From Acidobacteriota bacterium (GTDB lineage: Bacteria > Acidobacteriota > Vicinamibacteria > Vicinamibacterales > UBA2999), in the NCBI GenBank assembly GCA_046727855.1, contig JBKPDL010000036.1, positions 65 through 64,064 of the forward strand: a DNA stretch of 64,000 nt, given 5' to 3'. The translations under genes were made by a program, and so were the position numbers. Positions 57,863-64,000 of the stretch are shown in pieces (the first letter of the stretch is position 1; every line of letters begins with the position of its first letter). Under the pieces are notes generated by a model that saw only the letters and a list, made by a program, of their open reading frames with translations, had not been told where the DNA came from and searched no databases.

Positions 57863-57944
57863 CAATCTCCAAATCGACTCCAAATCACCAGCTCGCCAAA
57901 TCACCAACTTCGGTTACCACTTGCCTGCGGCGCAGGCAGTTGCT

Positions 57945-58751
57945 ATGTTCAGCGCCGGTATGCTCTCCGACACGTTGTTCAGAATTCCGCGCGCGGAAGG
58001 GCTGCAGGCGCTGCAGCGGCGCGGTGAGCACGGCGCGCGCGAGCTTTCGAGCTGGCGGCTGTGCCTGTCGGCGGGAAATAGCGAACGATTTGCCCTCGAA
58101 GGCGAGGAAACCATCTGCGTACTGCAGCAGGGGCGCGCGCGCATCAGCGTGGGCGACGCGAGCTGGACGGCGTCGCGGAGCAATGTGTTCGACGATCGCG
58201 CCACCGCCGTGTACGTGCCACCCGGGGCGGCGTTGACCGTTACCGCAGAAGCCCCGCTCGAAGCTGTCCTGGTTTCGGCGCCCACGTCCGAACGCTCGGC
58301 TCCGGCCGCGATCACACCGGACGACGTGGTGGTGAACCCGCGCGGCCGCGGCAACTATTTGCGCGAGGTGCACGACATCTTCGTGCGCGACGGACACGCG
58401 AAACGCTTGATGGTTGGAGAGACCTTCAACCCGGCGGGCAATTGGAGCAGCTATCCGCCGCACAAACACGACGGCCGAAACGGAGAACCGTGCCTCGAAG
58501 AGGTCTACCATTTCCGCATCGATCCGGCGCAGGGCTTCGGCCAGCAGGTGCTCTACACCAACGACGGTGAATCCGTGACCCACCAGGTCCGCGACGGCGA
58601 CGCGGTGTTGCTGCCGTACGGCTACCATCCGGTGTCGGCGGCGCCCGGCTACCGCCTCTACTATCTTTGGGCGATGGCCGGCGAACAGCGGAAGCTCGCG
58701 CTCTACGAAGATCCTGCGCACCGCTGGATTCATGATGCACCCGTCGCCTGA
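57945..58751 (+). CDS. IolB/KduI-type cupin sugar isomerase (5-deoxy-glucuronate isomerase family)
   Basis: ATG 57945 within ORF 57786..58751. NPAGNWSSYPPHKHD...EEVYHFRI and LLPYGYHPVSAAPGYRLYYLWAMAG are IolB-family blocks. Given the kdgK/eda neighbours, a uronate (KduI-like) role is possible. Confidence 0.8.
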   Translation: MFSAGMLSDTLFRIPRAEGLQALQRRGEHGARELSSWRLCLSAGNSERFALEGEETICVLQQGRARISVGDASWTASRSNVFDDRATAVYVPPGAALTVTAEAPLEAVLVSAPTSERSAPAAITPDDVVVNPRGRGNYLREVHDIFVRDGHAKRLMVGETFNPAGNWSSYPPHKHDGRNGEPCLEEVYHFRIDPAQGFGQQVLYTNDGESVTHQVRDGDAVLLPYGYHPVSAAPGYRLYYLWAMAGEQRKLALYEDPAHRWIHDAPVA

Positions 58752-59043
58752 CGCCGCGATCTCAGGACGGGATCGCATCACCCGCGCGATCGAAGCGTGT
58801 GGCGTCGTCGCCGTCATCCGCTTGAAGGAACCAGACAAGCTGCGCGGTGTCGTGGACGCGCTCGCCGAGGGCGGCGTCACCGTGGACAACGCTGGAGACT
58901 GGATCCGCGCGGGCGCCGTTGCCGTCGGTGTCGGGTCGGCACTCCTCGATGCCAAATCGATTTCTTCGGGATCGTACGCTCCGATCGCCGACAACGCGCG
59001 CCGCATTGTCGCCAACGTCCGCGCGGCGCGAGCGCGGTCCTAG
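58732..59043 (+). pseudogene. eda: KDPG/KHG aldolase (Eda) remnant with large in-frame internal deletion
   Basis: 103 aa versus ~210 expected. N-part GVVAVIRLKEPDKLRGVVDALAEGGVTV joins directly to the C-part DNAGDWIRAGAVAVGVGSALL. The central barrel strands, including the Schiff-base lysine region, are missing. Confidence 0.7.
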
Positions 59044-59169
59044 GCCCGGCGCTCACCCGCGTGAAAAGCGCCCAGCGGCGCGAGCCGCTTGAAAGCAGCG
59101 CATTCTTCGCCCATACATTTGCGATTACCTCGACGCCACGTTGCGCCACGCAGTAAATTTTGAGGGTAA

Positions 59170-60201
59170 ATGCCGATCAAAGTCGTCACGTTCGGTGAAA
59201 TCATGCTGCGTCTCAGCCCGCCGGGCTTCGAGCGCTTCTTTCAATCACCCGTACTCTCTGCGACGTTTGGCGGCGGCGAAGCGAATGTCGCGGTCAGCCT
59301 CGCGCACTTCGGCCTCGAAAGCTATTACGTCACGCGCTTGCCGGCGCACGCCATCGGCGACGCCGCCGTGCGCGCACTCCGGGCCGAGGGCGTGCGCACC
59401 GACTTCATCGTGCGCGGCGGCGAACGCGTCGGCATTTACTTCGCGGAAAACGGCGCGAGCCAGCGCGCCTCCACGGTGATCTACGATCGCGCGCAGTCCG
59501 CGATCAGCCAGATGAATCCGGACGAAGTGAACTGGCAAGCAGTGTTTTCTGGCGCCGCGTGGTTTCACGTCACCGGTATCACACCCGCTCTCGGCGATCG
59601 CGCCGCGACGTCCACCACCAGAGCCGTCGAGGCGGCCAAGGCAGCGGGCCTTCGCGTGAGCGTTGATCTGAATTTTCGCAAAAAGCTCTGGAGCGAAAGC
59701 GCGGCGCAAAAGACGATGCGGCCGTTGATGCGGAATGTGGACGTCGTGATCGCCAACGAAGAAGACATGCAGTCGGTGCTCGGACTGCACGTGCCCGACA
59801 CTGACGTCACGAGCGGGCAGCTCAACGTCGCCGGATATCGCCAGGTGACCGAGCAGCTGTCGCGCGAATTCGGCCCCTCGGTTGTGGCGATCACGCTGCG
59901 CGAAAGCCAGTCGGCGAGCGACAACGGGTGGAGCGGCGTCTTGTGGGACAACGCCGCCGGAACTTTCCACATCAGCCAGCGCTACGACGTGCGGCTGGTC
60001 GATCGCATTGGCGGCGGCGACAGTTTCGCCGCCGGCCTCATTTACGGTCTCGCCTCCGGCCGCGCGCCGGACGCCGCCTTGCGGTTTGCGGTCGCGGCAA
60101 GCGCGCTCAAGCAAACCATTCCGGGCGACTTCAACCGCGTGAGCGTGGACGAAGTCGATCGCGTTGCAAAAGGAGATGCATCGGGGCGCGTGCAGCGCTG
60201 A
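59170..60201 (+). CDS. kdgK: 2-dehydro-3-deoxygluconokinase (PfkB family)
   Basis: 343 aa. VVTFGEIMLRLSPPGFERF N-terminus typical of KdgK, C-terminal DRIGGGDSFAAGLIYG PfkB motif. Confidence 0.85.
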   Translation: MPIKVVTFGEIMLRLSPPGFERFFQSPVLSATFGGGEANVAVSLAHFGLESYYVTRLPAHAIGDAAVRALRAEGVRTDFIVRGGERVGIYFAENGASQRASTVIYDRAQSAISQMNPDEVNWQAVFSGAAWFHVTGITPALGDRAATSTTRAVEAAKAAGLRVSVDLNFRKKLWSESAAQKTMRPLMRNVDVVIANEEDMQSVLGLHVPDTDVTSGQLNVAGYRQVTEQLSREFGPSVVAITLRESQSASDNGWSGVLWDNAAGTFHISQRYDVRLVDRIGGGDSFAAGLIYGLASGRAPDAALRFAVAASALKQTIPGDFNRVSVDEVDRVAKGDASGRVQR

Positions 60202-60260
60202 GGCCCCGTGTCTTCACTGCCCGGCGGAGCATGATCCAGTGCTCTTGTACGATGGGATCA

Positions 60261-61142
60261 ATGCGCATCGGCGCCCACATGTCGGTCGCGGGCGGTGTCT
60301 CAAAGGCGGTGGATCGCGCCGCCGTGCACGGCTGCGAATCGCTGCAGATCTTCACCAAGAACGCGAATCAATGGCGCAACAAGCCGTTGGATCCCGCTGA
60401 GATCAAGCGGTTTCGCCAGCGGATCGATGACACCGGCATTCGACCAGTGGTGTCGCATGCGAGCTATCTGATCAATCTTGCGACCACGATACCCGCGCTG
60501 CGCCAGCTCTCGATCGAAGCGTTCGGGGACGAGCTCGATCGGGCGCACGCGCTCGGACTCCTCGGCGTGGTCATTCACCCGGGCACCTGCACCGCGGGCT
60601 CAGAGGATGACGCGCTGCGGCTGATCGCCGAGGCGGTGCGCCTGGCCTTCAAGGCGAGGCCGCGGCGCAAAACAATGGTCCTCTTCGAGCACACCGCCGG
60701 TCAGGGACGCACGCTCGGCCATCGCTTCGAGCAACTCGCCGCCATCATCGATCACCTCGACGGCTCTCTACGCGCCGGTGTGTGCCTCGACACGTGTCAC
60801 CTCGTCGCGTCGGGCTATGACATCATGAGCCCGGAGCGATACGAGGATACGTTTGGCATGTTCGACCGACTGGTCGGCCTCGAGCGACTGCGGGTCTTTC
60901 ACGGCAACGATTCAAAGCGGCCGTGCGGCAGCCGCGTCGATCGCCATGAACATATTGGCGCGGGCTGCCTGGGGCTCGATCCTTTCCGCCGGCTGCTGCA
61001 GGATCGGCGGTTCACCGAACTGCCGATTCTGATCGAGACGGAAAAATCGCCGAATTGCAACAAACCGAATCTGATTGCGCCCGACCCGCTGGACGTAAAG
61101 AACCTTGACACGCTGCGGCGGCTGAGAGACGGTGAGGTATGA
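60261..61142 (+). CDS. nfo: deoxyribonuclease IV (endonuclease IV)
   Basis: ATG 60261 (MRIGAHMSVAGG) within ORF 59928..61142. LQIFTKNANQW, VSHASYLINLA, VIHPG and DTCH blocks of the AP endonuclease 2 family. Confidence 0.9.
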   Translation: MRIGAHMSVAGGVSKAVDRAAVHGCESLQIFTKNANQWRNKPLDPAEIKRFRQRIDDTGIRPVVSHASYLINLATTIPALRQLSIEAFGDELDRAHALGLLGVVIHPGTCTAGSEDDALRLIAEAVRLAFKARPRRKTMVLFEHTAGQGRTLGHRFEQLAAIIDHLDGSLRAGVCLDTCHLVASGYDIMSPERYEDTFGMFDRLVGLERLRVFHGNDSKRPCGSRVDRHEHIGAGCLGLDPFRRLLQDRRFTELPILIETEKSPNCNKPNLIAPDPLDVKNLDTLRRLRDGEV

Positions 61143-61588
61143 CGTTATCCCTGCTGCTGGCGTTGACCATGGGCGCGGCCGGTGCCCAATCTCCAGAAGC
61201 CAAACGGATCCCGAACGACTCGGTGGAGGTTGAAGCGCGCGGGTGCGTGAAGGGTCGAATCTTCACTGCCACATCCGAGCCGGAGGACGAAGGCGTTCGG
61301 CGCGGGCCGGATGTCATCGGTCGCCAGTTCCGGATGAGCGGCAAGCGCGATGTGATGGACACGGTGAAAGCCACCAATGGCCATCGCGTTCTTGTTGTGG
61401 GCCTGGTCAAGAAGTCGGACTTGTCCGACGAAGGCGTCGGCATGAAGGTCGGTGGCACGCGTGTCGTGATTGGAGCGCAGGGGGCCGACCCGAACAATCG
61501 CATGAGTTCGCGAGTATCCGCGCCCACCATGGCGGTGATGGACGTCACGTCGATTCGCGATCTCTCGGACCGCTGCTACGCGCCGTGA
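61139..61588 (+). CDS. hypothetical secreted protein
   Basis: 149 aa. ATGA overlap with nfo. MTLSLLLALTMGAAGAQS signal-like N-terminus. No family recognised. Confidence 0.5.
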   Translation: MTLSLLLALTMGAAGAQSPEAKRIPNDSVEVEARGCVKGRIFTATSEPEDEGVRRGPDVIGRQFRMSGKRDVMDTVKATNGHRVLVVGLVKKSDLSDEGVGMKVGGTRVVIGAQGADPNNRMSSRVSAPTMAVMDVTSIRDLSDRCYAP

Positions 61589-61590
61589 CG

Positions 61591-61851
61591 TCAGTAGATT
61601 GAAAGCGACAGCTCAATGGTGAGGCGCACGGCCACCGGCTGCCCGTCCAGCGTGCCGGGCCCGAACCGCCACTGGCGCGCCGCCTTGACCGCTTCTTCGT
61701 CCAGTCCGAATCGCGAATCGAGCGATCGCACGACACGAACCTGATCGACCGTGCCGTCGCGCATGACCACGCACTCAACCAGGGCAACGCCGGCCAGGCG
61801 AGCGGCCATAGCAGCGCTCGTGTAGGACGGACGCACCCGCACGAGCGGCAC
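61591..61851 (-). CDS. TonB C-terminal domain only (probable N-terminally truncated TonB remnant)
   Basis: 86 aa from a GTG start. RPSYTSAAMAARLAGVALVECVVMRDGTVDQVRVVRSLDSRFGLDEEAVKAARQWRFGPGTLDGQPV is a TonB_C domain. My translation of the upstream frame shows no TM anchor or Pro-rich spacer. Confidence 0.6.
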   Translation of the reverse strand: MPLVRVRPSYTSAAMAARLAGVALVECVVMRDGTVDQVRVVRSLDSRFGLDEEAVKAARQWRFGPGTLDGQPVAVRLTIELSLSIY

Positions 61852-62016
61852 GGGCCGCCCGAGCGGCCGGACGTGTCCCGACCGAGCGTGAGCGAGTCGA
61901 GGGACTGGTCCCGAGCGTGACCGGGTCGAGGGATGGTGGCGTAACAGGTGACGCGAGCCCGGTAGCGAGCGTTCGGCGTATATTGCTCGACCATGCGCTC
62001 AGCCGCAGGAGGACAG

Positions 62017-64000
62017 ATGAACGCGCGCAAACAAACGGAAATCCTTGGCAGCCTGGGTAGACGTACGATCGTCGCTGCGATCGTCACGCTGCTCCTGACG
62101 ACGCCACTCGCTGCACAGGTGCCGACGGGAAATATTCTCGGCAATGTGAAAGACACCTCCGGCGCGGCGGTGCCCGGGGCGACCGTCACGGTGACAAACG
62201 TCGATACGGGATTTACGCGCGCGGCGACGACCGATGCCGAGGGTCAATATGCGCTGCGACTGCTGCCGCTCGGCAATTACAAGGTGGACGTCACGCTCGA
62301 GGGCTTCAAAACATTTACACAAAGCGGCATCGTCCTCGAGGTCGGCCGCAACGCGCGCGTGGACGCGACCATCGAGCCGGGCGGCGTGTCCGAAGTCGTG
62401 TCGGTCGTCGCTGACTCGCCGCTGATCGAATCGAACACGGCCTCGCTTTCGCGCACCGTCGGCCAGAACGATGTGTTGAATCTGCCGCTCGTCAACCGCG
62501 ATCTCTACTCATTGCTGAGCATTACCGGCGGGGTGACGAGCAATGACAACTCCAATTCGCTCGGCGGTCCCGAACAACTCACGACCGTCAACGGATCGCA
62601 GAAGGCACAGATCGGCACGGTCAACTTTCAGCTCGATGGCGGCAACAACACCGCGGGCCTGCGTGGCACCGGCAACCCGGCGCCCAATCCGGAGGCGATT
62701 CAGGAGTTCCGCGTCATCACCAACAACTACGCGGCGGAGTACGGCCGCTATCCGGCCGGCATCGTGGATGTGGTCACGAAGTCCGGAACAAACCAGCTGC
62801 ACGGTGCGGCGTTCGAGTTCTTCCGCGACGAATCGCTGAACGCCAAGCGCTGGGCGCCGCCCGGTGTAACAGCCGTCAAAGATCCGCTCGATCGGCATCA
62901 GTACGGAGCCGCTGGAGGCGGTCCGTTCAAAAAGGATCGAACGTTTTACTTTCTGAGCTACTCCGGGTTGCGGCAGGAGGAAACCTATTATCGCAACAGC
63001 GCGGTGGTACCGACCGACCGCGAGCGCGCGGGCGACTTCTCGCAGTCCGCGATCAAGCCGCGCGATCCGCTCACCAATGCGCCGTTTCTCAACGACATCA
63101 TCCCTGCCGATCGTCTTGATCGCGCGGCGCTGACCATCCAGGAACGATACGTCCCGCGGGCGAATCTGCCGAACAACTTTTACGAGGTCAGTCGTCCGGA
63201 TCCGCTCGACACAGACGAAGCCACTGTCAAGCTCGATCACACACTGTCGAACAGCCATGGCTTCGCGGTCAGTTATTTCTTTCAAAAAGGCAGCGATACA
63301 CAGCCGCTCTCTGGCATCGCGGGCATGCCCACCACTGGTGGCAACATCCCGTGGGTGGATCGCGATTTCAACTGGACGCAGCACAACCTCAATGCGACGC
63401 ACACGTGGACGATGAGTCCGACGATGTTCAATCAATTGCGCTTCACCTATGTGCGGCAATTTGGCGCCCGCGTCAACGGCCCGACCACGTCGCTCGGCGA
63501 CCTGAATTCGCGCTTCCAGATTCAGGGCGATCCCACGCTCCCGCGCATCACCGTTTCCGGATACTTCACGGCGCAAACCTCCATCGCCGGTCCCGACGCG
63601 GGCAGCAACTACTTCGCGGTAAAAGACAGCTTGAGCCTCGCGCGCGGGAATCACGCGTTCAAATTTGGCGGCGAGATATCCTACGAAACGATCGTTCACG
63701 ACACGCTGCTCGACAACTACGGCGTGTTCACCTTCAACAACAGTAAAACAAGCAACGCGTATGCCGATTTCCTCCTCGGTCTGCCGGCGACGATGACGCA
63801 GGACGCGCCGATTCGAAAGTTGGACAACGGCGCCTACATCAGCGCCTTTGCGCAGGACGACTACCGTGTCCATCCCCACGTCACGCTCAATCTGGGCGTG
63901 CGTTATGACTTGCAGTTTCCTTACACCGACCCCGAGAACCGCAAGCTCGCGTTCGTGCCGGGCGCAAAGTCGCAGGTGTCGCCCACGGCACTAGAGGGAC
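62017..64000 (+). CDS. TonB-dependent receptor (carboxypeptidase-regulatory-like N-domain), 5' part; runs off the right edge
   Basis: Not in ORF track (no stop in window). Own translation from ATG 62017 (AGGAGGA at 62007-62013): MNARKQTEILGSLGRRTIVAAIVTLLLTTPLAAQVPTGNILGNVKDTSGAAVPGATVTVTNVDTGFTRAATTDAEGQYALRLLPLGNYKVDVTLEGFKTF... The listed 456-aa ORF 62509..63879 (-) is its antisense shadow. Confidence 0.85.
   Translation, partial: MNARKQTEILGSLGRRTIVAAIVTLLLTTPLAAQVPTGNILGNVKDTSGAAVPGATVTVTNVDTGFTRAATTDAEGQYALRLLPLGNYKVDVTLEGFKTFTQSGIVLEVGRNARVDATIEPGGVSEVVSVVADSPLIESNTASLSRTVGQNDVLNLPLVNRDLYSLLSITGGVTSNDNSNSLGGPEQLTTVNGSQKAQIGTVNFQLDGGNNTAGLRGTGNPAPNPEAIQEFRVITNNYAAEYGRYPAGIVDVVTKSGTNQLHGAAFEFFRDESLNAKRWAPPGVTAVKDPLDRHQYGAAGGGPFKKDRTFYFLSYSGLRQEETYYRNSAVVPTDRERAGDFSQSAIKPRDPLTNAPFLNDIIPADRLDRAALTIQERYVPRANLPNNFYEVSRPDPLDTDEATVKLDHTLSNSHGFAVSYFFQKGSDTQPLSGIAGMPTTGGNIPWVDRDFNWTQHNLNATHTWTMSPTMFNQLRFTYVRQFGARVNGPTTSLGDLNSRFQIQGDPTLPRITVSGYFTAQTSIAGPDAGSNYFAVKDSLSLARGNHAFKFGGEISYETIVHDTLLDNYGVFTFNNSKTSNAYADFLLGLPATMTQDAPIRKLDNGAYISAFAQDDYRVHPHVTLNLGVRYDLQFPYTDPENRKLAFVPGAKSQVSPTALEG

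Noticed and set aside
57786-58236. ORF starts at 57786/57796/57818 giving GDLAIWRFGDLAIW-type repeat peptides, as N-terminal extensions of the isomerase
   Set aside because: These are translations of the GATTTGGC tandem array. The conserved IolB-type sequence begins at ATG 57945.
62509-63879. 456-aa ORF on the minus strand near the right edge
   Set aside because: The plus strand over the same region translates from ATG 62017 into a convincing TonB-dependent receptor N-terminus. That ORF is missing from the track only because it has no stop inside the window.

Overview
64-kb high-GC bacterial chromosomal window. The taxon cannot be fixed from sequence alone. Very long carboxypeptidase-regulatory-like TonB-dependent receptors, several TAT-signal Gfo/Idh/MocA oxidoreductases, DUF1080 proteins and an FtsX/ADOP-type permease remnant suggest an Acidobacteriota-like organism (inference). 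Gene content is mostly carbohydrate scavenging. (i) A sigma-54 activator sits divergent from a STAS-like + RND efflux operon with a well-spaced -24/-12 promoter (600-9111). (ii) A hexuronate-type module follows: MFS, split UxaA dehydratase, SDR (9355-12960). (iii) Then DUF1080, a PQQ-type dehydrogenase and LacI. (iv) A non-phosphorylative L-fucose locus spans 16477-35202: two SDRs, FAH hydrolase, sugar ABC transporter, L-fuconate dehydratase, GH95 and GH29 fucosidases. GH97, GH36-like and alginate-lyase-family genes are mixed in. (v) Six genes are joined by five consecutive 4-nt overlaps: ApbE, DoxX, TAT Gfo/Idh/MocA, GntR, OYE, MFS (35779-41959). (vi) GH88-like, SDR, galK-galT. (vii) Two TonB-dependent receptors, one frameshifted and one running off the right edge. 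(viii) A scar-like stretch with an IS5 remnant, a Crp-family regulator and orphan ORFs (51752-54350). (ix) GntR, an IolB/KduI-type isomerase, an internally deleted eda, kdgK and nfo. No rRNA, tRNA or CRISPR array was seen. The features that ordinary annotation does not explain are these. (a) A signal-peptide SAM methyltransferase gene is boxed in by ~140-bp inverted repeats built from stacked hairpins (27369-28447), next to a truncated permease gene. One repeat unit recurs at 56936. (b) AT-rich, GAAC-word intergenic elements include an exact 17-mer found three times, each 7-8 nt downstream of a stop codon in sense orientation. (c) Microsatellite-like arrays occur inside operon or promoter spacers: (GTTCAAA)7, and (GATTTGGC)4 facing CCAAATC x3. 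(d) Decay marks include two G-run frameshifts, an in-frame eda deletion, and IS5, ISL3, FtsX and TonB remnants. All calls come from reading the ORF track and the sequence by eye; no searches were run.
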